From Squalus acanthias (taxonomy: Eukaryota), in NCBI GenBank assembly GCA_030390025.1, contig CM059432.1, positions 135,534,001-135,598,000 of the forward strand: a stretch of 64,000 bases of DNA, read 5' to 3'. This document shows positions 39,828 through 51,805 of the stretch, piece after piece. The translations under genes were made by a program, and so were the position numbers. Position 1 is the stretch's first letter. Every line of letters begins with the position of its first letter. The notes under the pieces were generated by a model. The model did no database searches. It saw only the letters and a program-made list of their open reading frames with translations, and was not told where the DNA came from.

Positions 39828-40856
39828 AGGTATCCTGGGCTCTCTCAGGTGGGTAATAGTGCACAAAGAGTTAGTGGTGGAAAGAAAATAAACCTTTAAA
39901 TAGGTCTAAAATAAAATAAAGTAAGTAATAATTATTTCTAATCTCATGCATAAAACAGGATGGGATAAATTATGGCCACCTCACTTGCACAACCAGTTAT
40001 TCTCAACCTGTTGGCTGGGCTGCAAAAACAATGGGTAAATATGACGAGCTTCATGTCACTCCATGCTCCCACTCATTGCGAGCAAACCAGCTCTTCACAT
40101 CAAGTATTCAGAAAACTGTTCCATATTGCAGAATCAGTCTTAGCTAACTAACCACAAGCAGTCACAATGTTATGCTTAGATTAATACAATTTCTGTATTA
40201 ATTGTTAAATTGGTTGTGCAGTAAATTTGTTCCAAGTATGCAAAAGGTTAAAGAAACGTCTGCTTTTAAGTGAGAGATTAGCAGTGAAAATTATGAGTTG
40301 CAATAAGCATTTTGACTCCAATTAACCTGTACCACATAATTTGTTTGCAATTTACTTTAGGTGGATTTCCTGCATTGAAGACAAGTCATAACTAAAATAA
40401 CAGCCCATTTCAAAAAAAAAATACAACCCTTTCAATTAGGAACTGCCTGTCCCAGCGAGGTCTTTCCAAGAAGCCAGCACAACTGCCAAAGATCCAGATT
40501 TATGTATTTATGCCACAAATGGCACTGACATCTAAATTAACCTTTAATACAATCAAAATTGAGAACACACAGCACTTGGGGGGGGGGGGGGGGGGAGAAA
40601 ATCAGCGATGTCATGAGAACCAGCATTTTCCCCAATGACAGATGTTAGGCTAACTGGTCTATAGTTTCCTGCTTTCTGTCTCCCTCCTTTCTTGACTAAT
40701 ATTTCTCATTAGACAAGATGGGTAGTAAAGCAATATTGTTCTATACAGTGAAACTGCATCTTAACTACTGAAAGCCACTCTGTCCTTTTTCATTTTTAGA
40801 CCAAAAAAAAAAAATCACTAATCATGTTGAACATTCAGGCTATTTGAGATGGTTTT

Positions 40857-41330
40857 AGCCCTGGCTCAGTTGGAAGCACACTCACCTGAGTCAGAAGGTT
40901 GTGGGTTCAAGCCCCACTCCAGAGACTTGAGCACAAAATCTAGGCTGACACTTCAATGTAGTACTAAGGGAGTGCCACACTGTCGGAGTTGCCATCTTTG
41001 AGAGACGACGTTAAACCAAGCCCCCGTCTGCTCTCTCAGGTGGACGGAAAAGATCTCATGGCACTATTTTGAAGTCTGCAATTGTAAGGTACACATGCTT
41101 TGTTCTCTATCTATATATGCTTTGGCGATTCTGTATCTATTTACTTCACCTGAGGAAGGGGCAATCGATAGCTCCGAAAGCTTGTGATTGCAAATAAAAC
41201 TGTTGGACTATAACCTGGTGTTGTGCGACCTCACTATTTTGAAGAGCAGGGGAGTTATCCCCAGTGTCCTGGCCAATATCCCTCAACCAACATTAACAGG
41301 TTATCTGGTCATTATAAATGCCAGTCTTTA
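40857..41330 (+). mobile_element. Deu-domain SINE with an internal insertion and 3' deletion
   Basis: SINE head at 40860; interrupted at 41075-41231. Confidence 0.85.
41075..41231 (+). mobile_element. Hammerhead-bearing mini retroelement, copy 2
   Basis: 13-bp TSD CACTATTTTGAAG (41062-74 / 41232-44); hammerhead at 41146-41187. Confidence 0.8.
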
Positions 41331-41353
41331 TTTCTTTTATTCCAAATTCAGTA

Positions 41354-42153
41354 CAGTAAACTCTCATTTAAACGGCACCTAATTATCCGGAATTCTCTAA
41401 TAACCGGCAAAATTCAGGAGTAGGTTCAGGAACCCAAAGATAAGTTTTACTGTTTTTGTGGCCGTGTAACCGGGGCCCCTGTACCCGTGGCCGTGTAACC
41501 GGGGCCCCTGTACCCGTGGCCGTGTAACCGGGGCCCCTGCACAAGTGGCCGTGTAACCGGGGCCCCTGCACAAGTGGCCGTGTAACCGGGGCCCCTGCAC
41601 AAGTGGCCGTGTAACCGGGGCCCCTGCACAAGTGGCCGTGTAACCGGGGCTCCTGCACCTGTGGCCGTGTAACCGGGGCTCCTGCACCTGTGGCCGTGTA
41701 ACCGGGGCTCCTGCACCTGTGGCCGTGTAACCGGGGCTCCTGCACCTGTGGCCGTGTAACCGGGGCTCCTGCACCTGTGGCCGTGTAACCGGGGCTCCTG
41801 CACCTGTGGCCGTGTAACCGGGGCTCCTGCACCTGTGGCCGTGTAACCGGGGCTCCTGCACCTGTGGCCGTGTAACCGGGGCTCCTGCACCTGTGGCCGT
41901 GTAACCGGGGCTCCTGCACCTGTGGCCGTGTAACCGGGGCTCCTGCACCTGTGGCCGTGTAACCGGGGCTCCTGCACCTGTGGCCGTGTAACCGGGGCTC
42001 CTGCACCTGTGGCCGTGTAACCGGGGCTCCTGCACCTGTGGCCGTGTAACGGGGCTCTCATACCTTGGTAGGTTTACCTCTCCGTTATCCGGAATTTTTA
42101 ATCAACCGGCACCATCCCGGTCCCGTAGGTGCCGGATACGAAAGAGTTTACTG
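41354..42153. mobile_element. Tigger/pogo-type MITE containing a minisatellite
   Basis: TA|CAGTAAACTCT ... AGAGTTTACTG|TA; subterminal TTATCCGG / AACCGGCA motifs related to the 4285 MITE. Confidence 0.88.
41458..42058. repeat. 29-bp minisatellite, 20 full units plus a partial one (GTGGCCGTGTAACCGGGGCTCCTGCACCT)
   Basis: Counted directly: 2 units ending GTACCC, 4 ending GCACAA, 14 ending GCACCT. Confidence 0.97.
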
Positions 42154-42194
42154 TACTACAGAAAGTAGTTTTCATTCTGTAAATGTAAACCTTG

Positions 42195-42490
42195 GGCTCC
42201 CTCGGCAGCTCAACAAGTAAACCCGCGACTTCTACCACCTAGAAGGATAAGGGCAGCAGGTGCATGGGAACACCACCACCTCCAAGTTGCACACCATCCT
42301 GACTTGGAAATATATCGCTGTTCCTTCATCGTCGCTGGATCAAAATCCTGGAACTCCCTCCCCAACAGCACTGTGGTAGCACCTTCACCACACTGACTGC
42401 AGCGGTTCAAGACGGCGGCTAACCAACACCTTCTCAAGGGCAATAAATGCTGGCCTTGCCAGCAACACCCACATCCCAGGAACGAATTTG
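42195..42490 (+). mobile_element. CR1-clade LINE 3' fragment
   Basis: Matches 46260-46570. Confidence 0.8.
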
Positions 42491-45299
42491 AAAAAAAGCT
42501 GAGGCATACAGAGCAGTACAGTCCCAGGTTCAATTCCCAACCTGTGCCAAGTTAACTGACCATAGCTGGGGTGCCTGAAAAATGGCTTCAGTGCTCCTGG
42601 GTAGGGGAGAGAAAAAGTCAGTCAGTCAGTGTTCCAACCCCTGATGAAAGATTGGGTGGTATGATGGTTAAGCAGCCTTGCTGTCAAGACACAAATGAAT
42701 AATGCCACTTTGATGAAATACTAAAAACAATCAACATAATAGCAAGGAGTGAATGCAAGGGGAAACAAAAAGAAAAAAGTAGGCCTACCAGAAGTGATGT
42801 TATGTACCAGTGCCTTCACAGCAACCTACAAACACTGCACATAGTTGAACTTGACTTGTCTTCAGTCACAAAGCAGTAAATATACATCCAAAAAGACACT
42901 GAAATATTAGGAGGAACTTGGTTTACAAATTGGTACATTTGATACATGAATTAACACCAGTGGGACCACTTCATTTGGTCTCTTGAAATAGATGAGTGAC
43001 CAAAACATTTAAGGCAACCAGAGAGTTTCAGAAGGCAAGCATCAGGAACAATGTCATCTGAACCCCTTGTAATATGTCTTTACTGCTGCTGTTGTAGAAA
43101 TCAACTGCTATCTTCCTGTCCTCTCACAGCTAGTCCTTCTGGTTCCTGACAAAGCATAACTTTTCCTTCCCATGCATCTTTTGTCCTGGCACAGTTGGTA
43201 GTTCTCCTAAAAGTCTGAATCTTACTCAAGACCCTCCCCTTCCATCACAACATTCTGTTTTACCATCAAGACCGACATCAAATTTTATCCTTGCCAGCTC
43301 TGTCCTCCACTCTCTAGACTACAAAAAGACCAATCATCCTAGTTTTATCCCTTCCATTATCCTCAAGATGTGTGCCTCCAAATGTAGTTCTGCCATCTCT
43401 TCAATCTCTTCTTTCCAAGTTTGAATTGTCATCAATTAAGACAATTTTCACTTGTATAGCACCTTTAATGTAGCACAATGTCTCAAAATGCTTTACAAAG
43501 AAGATTGAACAAGTAGGAGCTATGGGGGAAGCTGACCAAAGGTGCAGTTGCAGTAGTAGGTTGCATGAGACTTTTGAAATCGGGAAAAGATGTGGCAAGG
43601 ACAAGGTTCATAGGAAGGGAATGGCAGAGTGCTGAAGGTAATAAGTGAAGGCTCTGAAGTCTAACTTTCCCTCTCCTTGGACATTTGCTTATGCTCATCC
43701 CATCCCCATATCCTTCAAATCATTGCACTACAGCCTCAAATTGTGGCACTTTCTAAAGTTATGGAAACTGCTGTTAATCTTGAAGGTTACGACCTAATCC
43801 ACGACCGGCTGTTCCACTGGTAATCTTGGCACCCATGGATACAGCTACCAGTCTGAAATTGTGAGCTGCTTGGATGCACGTGCAGTACTCTGTTCCCTCG
43901 GCAATTAGCTTTCAATATTAAGAAAATGTGTGCAGGAGCGATCACTTTTGCTCAACATGAAAACATTGAAAAATAAGTTAAAACTCCCCTAGAGCTCCAG
44001 TGGACTGCCTAAGCACTCAAGGGGAGCTTTAACACTAGGCTGCAGTTAGAATACCTCCAGTGCAAAGTGAGACAACAGCTTGATGCGGACCTGAAAGTGG
44101 CAGTATAACAGCAATTTACATTTCTACAGACCTTGTGCTCGAGCACTTCAGTGAATTTTCTGTCATTGTCTTCAACATCTCAAGTCTTTGACAGTGTCTG
44201 GTACTGTAATCAAGTTACCATTTATGGCCTTCCACCAAAGCTATCTAGTTTCCTTTCAAAATCACTGTGCTGTAGTTGATGGGTCATCCTCTGACTCTGG
44301 ATTCCTCAAGGCTCTGTACTCTCACTCTGTTCCTTCTTCATATCAATGATGTCCTCCAGCTATCATCCAACCCTATCCCCTTCTCTGGCTAGTCCTTCCA
44401 TTCTGCATTCACCAACCTTTCAGGATTGCATACTCCAGACCTCTTACTGTAATGACTGAATTACGTTGTGATCTTCTTCATGCCGTTCAAGTGAGCAACA
44501 GAAATTGTGTTTCTTTCAGTTCTTCAAAGATGCACAGCTTCATGTATCTCAAGTCTGACCAACAGCTATCACCTTAATGTCTCCATCTTTAGAGCTGATC
44601 TTTCCTCCACCATACTACCCAATTTTGGGTAGTGTAATGGTGGTAAAACAAGGGAAATCAGGAGGCGAGGCCCACTGCCACCTACCTCCCTGTCCTTGCC
44701 AGTGCTGCTCTACATTTTCCTCCCTATCTTGCTGCAGGGAAGTCAGCCAGCTGCCCTGCCACATTTAAATACTGCCAGAAAGCAGGGTCCAGATACCTGC
44801 CCAATTTCCCTGCTTCCCACTGCTACCACAAACCTGGGGACCACCAGGAGAGGGGTGGTGGTAGACCCTGGGACAGGGAGCCCAGTAGTTGGCACCTCCC
44901 CTCTGCTCTGGCCCTAAACGCCAACTTTGTTTATATCCAAAGCCTAAACTAAATATGCAGCTTTAGATCTTTGGAGTGCTTCTGCCCTTTCTCCCCACCA
45001 CCCCCCCCCCCCCCCACCTAAATGTGGCTCCTCCTCTTGTGGTACTGCTGTAGATGTCCCACTGTAGCACAGCCGCATATTATTCCCAATCAGTGGCAGA
45101 TACCCACCACGAGCCCACCCTGCACAGTTACAGCGCTTCAAATCTAGGAAATGTGTCTAGGTCACAGCACAATAAGGGCAGAGGTCAGAAGTACCGAGAC
45201 TGATCCTCCCTGAATGGTGAACCCATCCCGGAGGGAATAAAAACATTAGTCTTGGTTCATCTATTGGCATTTGGTCCAAACATGGACAAAAGAGCTGAA

Positions 45300-45475
45300 T
45301 TACAGAAAATGCTGGAAACACTCAGCAGGTCAGGCAGTATCCATGCGGAGAGAAACAGAGTTAACATTTCAGGTCTGTGACCCTTCGTCCGGGGGAGAGG
45401 AGGAAAGAACAAAAGGGACGGTCTGTGATAGGGTGGAAGGTAGGAGTGGTTAAATGTTGCAAATGGGGATGGCAG
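45300..45475 (-). mobile_element. Penelope family-1 terminal fragment with a mutated hammerhead core (CGGACGA)
   Basis: Reverse complement matches the 20765-21060 and 26540-26860 regions. Confidence 0.75.
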
Positions 45476-45549
45476 AATCATCAAGTCTGACCAACAGCTA
45501 TCACCTTAACGTCACTATCTTTAGAGCTGATCTTTCCTCCACCATACTA

Positions 45550-46580
45550 GCACAAAGGAAGATGGTTGTAATTGCTGGAGGCCAATCATCTCAGCCCCAG
45601 GACATCGCTGCAGGAGTTCCTCAGGGCAGCGTCCTAGGCCCAACCATCTTCAGCTGCTTCATCAATGACCTTCCCTCCATCATAAGGTCAGAAGTGGGGA
45701 TGTTCGCTGATGATTGCACAGTGTTCAGTTCCATTCGCAACTCCTCAGATAAATGAAGCAGTCCATGCCCGAATGCAGCAAGACCTGGATGACATTTAAG
45801 CTTCGGCTGATAAGTGGCAAGTAACAATCATGCCACAAAAGTGCCAGGCAATGATTATCTCCAACAAGCGAGAGTCTAACCACCGCCCTTTGACATTCAA
45901 CGGAGTTACCATCGCCGAATCCCCCACCATTAACATCCTGGGGGTCACCATTGACCAGAAACTTAACTGGACCAGCCACATAAATACTGTGGCTACAAGA
46001 GCAGGTCAGAGGCTGGGTATTCTGCAGCAAGCATCTCACCTCCAGACTCCCCAAAGCCTTTCCACCATCTGCAAAGCACAAGTCAGGAGTGTGATGGAAT
46101 ACACTCCACTTGCCTGGATGAGTGCAGCTCCAACAACACTCAAGAAGCTCGGCACCATCCAGGACAAAGCAGCCCGCTTGACTGGCACACCATCCACCAC
46201 CGGCGCACCATAGCTGCAGTGTGTACCATCTGCAAGATGCACTGCAGCAACTCGCCAAGGCTCCTTCGGCAGCACCTCCCAAACCCACGACCTCAACCAC
46301 CTAGAAGGACAAGGGCAGCAGGCGCATGGGAACACCATCACCTGCAAGTACCCCTCCAAGTTACACACCATCCTGACTTGGAAATATATCGCTGTTCTTT
46401 CATTGTCGCTGGGTCAAAATTCTGGAACTCCCTCGCTAACAGCACTGTGGGAGTACCTTCACCACAAGGGCTGCAGTGGTTAAAGGCGGCAGCTCACCAC
46501 CACCTTCTCAAGGGCAATTAGGGATGGGCAATAAATGCTGGCCTTTCCAGCGACACCCACATCCCAGGAACTAATAATTT
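45550..46580 (+). mobile_element. CR1-clade LINE, 5'-truncated
   Basis: [20 protein letters not shown]...MFADD RT core; LGVTIDQKLNWTSHI; 3' tail. Confidence 0.92.
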
Positions 46581-46669
46581 AAAAAAATTCTTGGCCTCTC
46601 CATCTCCTTTGAATGCAAATGGAACTCTCATCTCTTCCATTTCTAAAGCTGGCTCCAGGAAGCTCAGTT

Positions 46670-46987
46670 TCTCCGAACTCTGCACTCCTCCAATTCTGGC
46701 AAACTTGCGCATTCCCAATTTTCAATCGCCTTTCCATTGGCAGCTGTGCCTTCAGATACCTAGGCCCTAAACTCTGGAATTCCCTCCCTAAACCTCTCCA
46801 CTTCTCTCTCTCCTGCTCCTCCTTTAAGACTCTCCTTAAAACCTACCTCTTTGATCAAGCTTCTGGTTACCTGTCCTAATATCTCCTTACATGGCTCGGT
46901 GTCAAATTATGTTTGATAATCGCTCCCGTGAAGCACCTTGGGATATTTTACTACGTTAAAGGCGTTATATAAATGCAAGTTGTTGTT
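46670..46987 (+). mobile_element. L2 LINE 3' fragment
   Basis: AFRYLGPKLWNSLP...FKTLLKTYLF motif and (GTT)n tail. Confidence 0.85.
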
Positions 46988-49095
46988 CCCTCTTTCATGA
47001 TTAACCCTGCTTTCCCCCTCAACAACTCTTAACTTTTTTTTTTAAACCCAAGTTTGCCTTTTATTATAACACTTCTGGAAAGGATACAAGAAAAAGTCTG
47101 AAATCTGATCTCCCACTTACCTCTAGCCGCCAACCATGACCTATCGCAGCCTTTTTTGTGTGTTTCTCCATTTTGTCAATACTACTCTGAATGTTCCTCT
47201 CTCATTCCTTCCCGAGCTCCATCTATGGCAGCCTGCACACCTTCCCTCCTCCCTACATTGTCACTATGTTGAAATCAAGACTCGTTGCACAGTATAGTAC
47301 TCAAGTTCACACTTTCCCAGGACCTCAGAACTGTGGCAGCCTTCCCTGTTTTAGTCTTTCCTTCGTTCTTTCTACAAATCTTCAGGGTTTTAAAACCCAA
47401 GCTTGGCATCATCTATTCATTACTTCCTGATTTACCTCATCTTTTATTTTAATCTTAGTTGTGCCTGCACTGTAAGCCCCGTCACCTCACCTCGATTGCT
47501 CCAAGTGAAGAGGCATAGCCTACACTGCAAACACCAAGATTGAGAGAGTGGAAAATGTAGCTGATTTTACCCGTTTAGCTCAACTGCACTGAGGTCCATT
47601 GTAGCATACCACTGCTGTCCCAACTGATATTAACCAATAGGAAAGACCAAGAGTTGAACCTAGGGCCTTCAGGAATCTATGGCTTAATACATCACTAAAC
47701 CATTAGGGGAGCACCCAAACAATTCAAAAGAAAACTTTTGCCTATATTGGGACAAAATGATTTTCTTGTCTATTTCTCAGAATACAATCATAAAATGGAG
47801 TAAATTCTCTCTCCTTTGTAGTTGAGAGATTTGGCTCCTATTGTTTTTAAAAGTACACTGCAGCCATCCACAAAAAATAATAATTCAGTTACTCATTTTA
47901 GTAAATGGTTGTTCAACATTGAATAGTAAAGCATCGAATGAGTCAAAAAAAAATTTCAGTCAAGTGATGTCTGATTGTCGTCATAATGACTGAAAATTGC
48001 TAAAATGGGTATAGAAAGCAATTTCAGCAATTGGATACCAATCAGGTGCCAGAAACCTGACTGACTTTTTCAAAACTTTCCTAGCCCAAGAGCACCAAGG
48101 CCAATTAGAGGAACCCAAGTCCTGACCTGGCTGGGAGCTACACAGCATAGCCTAGAGCCCAAACCTGCAACGCTCTGGTTTGTACAGCTTAGCTCCACTT
48201 CAGGCACAACCTTTAAACAGTAGAACATTGAGAGCGCATCCCAAGAAAGGTTACTACAATACACTGAAAGTACGATATAATACTTCTTTAAAAGAAACAT
48301 TAATTCTACATCTATGGAAATTAGACTTAATGCATTTATAAGGGTGAACATTCACATTGTAACTCCTTTAAACTGATAACTTTAACATTGACCACTATAT
48401 GCAAAGTTATTGTGACTTCTAAGTGTTTCAAACAATACATAAAAGGACAAAAAGTAGATGGGAAAGGTCAAGCGCTATAATATGGCCAAGATCTACAAAG
48501 AATCCAGTGGTCACACCAAGCACAACAAACCTGAAGACAACTGAATCAGTAAGTAGCAAATATCCCAGGGAGACGGATACATTTTGAAATTCTGTTCTAC
48601 AACTTTTCTGTTGTAAAAAGTACATTTTCCCAGATCCTGAAAGCTGGACATAGTTCCTATTTATTTCAAGGGTTGGCATTAGATTCAGCCGATACATCAA
48701 GGCATTTCTAACTCGGTTCATCTCATCTCAAAACCAGCATCTTTCCCCACTATCTATTCTATGTATGTCTGATCTTGTGAGCTCTTGCTGCTGCTGGAAT
48801 AGTCAGAGTAAATTTTAAGGCGACACAATTAAGTTTCAGATATTTAAAACACTCATAAATCGGATATTGTTCTCCCAGCAATGTCCACACCTACAATCAG
48901 CTACCTACTGCATCATCATTTTGCTTTCCCTGCCAAATACTGCACTCTTGTTTATTACTAGTGCATCAACAGAGATTAGCATGCAATATTTCACTCACTG
49001 ATCTTTTGGTCCTGCATGTGACCTCTGACAGCAATAGTGAGCAACCCACATTGGGTAGCCAACTGGCATCTCTAATATTTTAAGTACTGCATATT

Positions 49096-49620
49096 GGTCC
49101 GGAATTTGTGGTGGGTAATACTAGCAAATGAACAGCGTTAGCCGTTATTACCCCTTTGAAACTGACCGCAACTTCAGGATGTAGCGCATGCGCATCCTAA
49201 CGTGGAAATCCTGAAGTTTGCGGTCAGTCATTCACTGCTCAGACTCTGGCTGCGCTGTGCCCACCCCGCCCCCCACTCCAAAACTAGTTGGCAATCAGTG
49301 TAATCAGGGAAACTGACGAAAACTTCGGCTCTTCCACGGTAATACTGCAGTTAAATACCCCATTAAATATTAGGCCCTTTTGGATTAAGTGTAACTGGGG
49401 TTTTAACAGCGTATTGACTGCTAAACAAACATTATGGCCCTGAAAAACTGATTTTAATTTTGTGGAGTGTCAAATTTATCCATTTTAATAAAAAATTTAA
49501 ATTAAGAAACTACTTTTTTTTTTAAAAACGTTTGTTCATATTTATTTCAGGTTTACCTTTTCCCCCTGTGACAACCCCAATCTTTGTTTTGCTTTGTAAA
49601 ATATGTTTAAAAAGTTAGAC
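49096..49620. mobile_element. One end of a Harbinger-like non-autonomous element
   Basis: Starts GGTCCGGAATTTGTG (similar to the 14369 TIR); internal inverted repeat ACTGACCGCAACTTCAGGAT...ATCCTGAAGTTTGCGGTCAGT around GCGCATGCGC. Confidence 0.5.
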
Positions 49621-51369
49621 TCAAAGGAGCTTACTCACAGGCCAGACCGGGTAATGACAGCAGGTTTCCTTCCCTAAAAGACATTACAGAACCAGTTGGA
49701 TTTTTACGACAATCCGGAAGCTTCATGCTCGCTTTTTAACTCCCAGGTGTGTTAAAAACTGAATTCAAATTCTGAAACTGCCCCCGTGGGATTTGAACTC
49801 ACGTTCTCTGGCTTTAGTCCAGGCCGACTAGTCCAGTAATAATCACTACACTACTGTACCCACTGTCTGCTGCACAATCGAAAACTTTTTAAATTAGGGA
49901 CTAAAGTAGTTTCCACATAAGTGAGCTGTGCTTACCCAAATTGTGGTTGCACAAATATGACATTGTTATTTTACTATTTAAAGTTAAGGCAGACTGAGAA
50001 CTGAGCCAAATAGAACTTCAGGAGAAATAATGATGTTCCAGAGGTAAATGAGGCAGGGCAAACAGACACACGCCAGTCCAGCTCCTGAGTTGGCAAAAAC
50101 TATGATTACAGGTACAATAAACCGTTAACACTTCAATATCCAGCAATAATAGATTCAAAAAAATATTGTGGCTTAAAAGCACCAACTAGGTTTTGGCAAT
50201 ATGCTAAAAAGTCATGTTTTTCTTTGTGTCCTTGTGCAATTCTAAACAAGCTTAACCCAAGCTAAATAATACAAAATAGTGCTAATGGAATATCAAAGAA
50301 CAGGAGCACTTCCAAACTGCAATTTTTCCTACATTTAATCACCATAGCTTTTCAGAAACAAAGTACGATTTCACAAAGTTAAACATTCCCCTGGAATAAT
50401 ACAGTATTCATTAAGTGTTGTTCATCACTACTGGAGCATGAAAGTATATTCAACAAGTGATACAGTAGATCATTCCCGGCGCCTGTACAGTAACTCTAGT
50501 CCGCTTACTCCGTCCTAGTTGTAGATGACAAAAACAGGTTGCAATTTCCAAATCTCAAGACACCAAGTAGCACTGTACAGCAAATTAAAGTGGCATTGAA
50601 TGGGAGAACTGCTGCTACTGTAAGCCCTTTGGAAAATTCACTAATAATTCATATTAGCCTGTGACTTGAAAAAAATGCAGCTTAATGGTGTACTTTGTTT
50701 GGACAGAATGGTAGAGGTATAATTGCACAAAGACTGGATAATTATGCTCGCCAACTCGTCAGGAAAAGTCATTTTCCAACCTTGACAAAACAATAATAAA
50801 ACAATTCACAGACTAGCAGTAACATTAACTCATTTATCCCTCGATCCTCAATCCATCAGCATTCCTAATTTCTTGCTGCACATGATCCTTTTGGCCAATT
50901 GCAGCTCTTCCCTACCACAGTGATTATCCCCTCATTTATACCAAAAATACACTACTACTTTTAGAATTAATTTCCTCTGGTTAAAGTTCAAGTAATATAG
51001 TTGACAAATGTTCATTCATACAACTTCTGAAATCTAATTTCATTCATCAAAGGGTAAGTGCACAGTGCTGAAAAACTACAAAAAAGTTGAAAGTACAGTA
51101 CAAAAGTGCTTTATAATAGTTTCAACTGAAGTTGAAAAGTTTTTCTATTGAATTCAAGTGGTTCTAAAGCATTATAAAAACAAATCAACCTTTTATTCTG
51201 TTTACATACTGCTGCTCTTTCAGGTTTTCAACTGGACATAGATTACCCAGCTATGGTGGATGTGCAAATCATTTTTTTTTTTAATATATTATAATCAGCC
51301 CTGACCTGAGTTAGTGAACATAACAGGAGTGGCTACAAGTGTCCTCAGCGACACTTGGCTAGGGAGAAA

Positions 51370-51805
51370 AAGAACTTGCATTTCTATAGCGCCTTTCACG
51401 ACCTCAGGACACCCCAAAGCTCTTTACAGCCAATAAGGTACTTTTTGATGTAGGAAACATGGCAGCCAATTTGCACACAGCAAGCTCCCACAAACAGCAA
51501 TGTGATAATGACCAGATAATCTGTTTTAGTGATGGCGATTGAGGGATAAATATTGGCCAGGTCACCGGGGATAACTCCCCTGCTTTTCTTCGAAATAGTG
51601 CCATGGGATCTTTTACGTCCACCTGAGAGGGCAAACGGAGCCTCGGTTTAACGTCTCATCCAAAACCTCCAACAGTGCAGCATTCTCTCAGCACTGCACT
51701 GGAGTGTCAGCCGAGATTTTTGTGCTCAAGTCTCTGGAGTGGGACTTGAACCCACAACCTTCTGACTCAGAGGCGAGAGTGCTACTCACTGAGCCACGGC
51801 TGACA
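51370..51805 (-). mobile_element. Near-full-length Deu-domain tRNA SINE
   Basis: Reverse complement of the 36768 copy. Confidence 0.9.

Larger units (their letters stand above)
44200..47420 (+). mobile_element. Very old non-LTR retrotransposon remnant, broken up by younger insertions
   Basis: Degenerate G.PQGSVL...LHINDV RT motif at ~44300-44355; possible 3' remnant at 47150-47420. Linking the two pieces is tentative. Confidence 0.4.

Noticed and set aside
41458..42058. CRISPR-like array, or the three 204-212 aa repetitive ORFs
   Set aside because: Units are head-to-tail with no unique spacers and there are no cas genes. The ORFs arise because the 29-bp unit has no stop codon on the minus strand.
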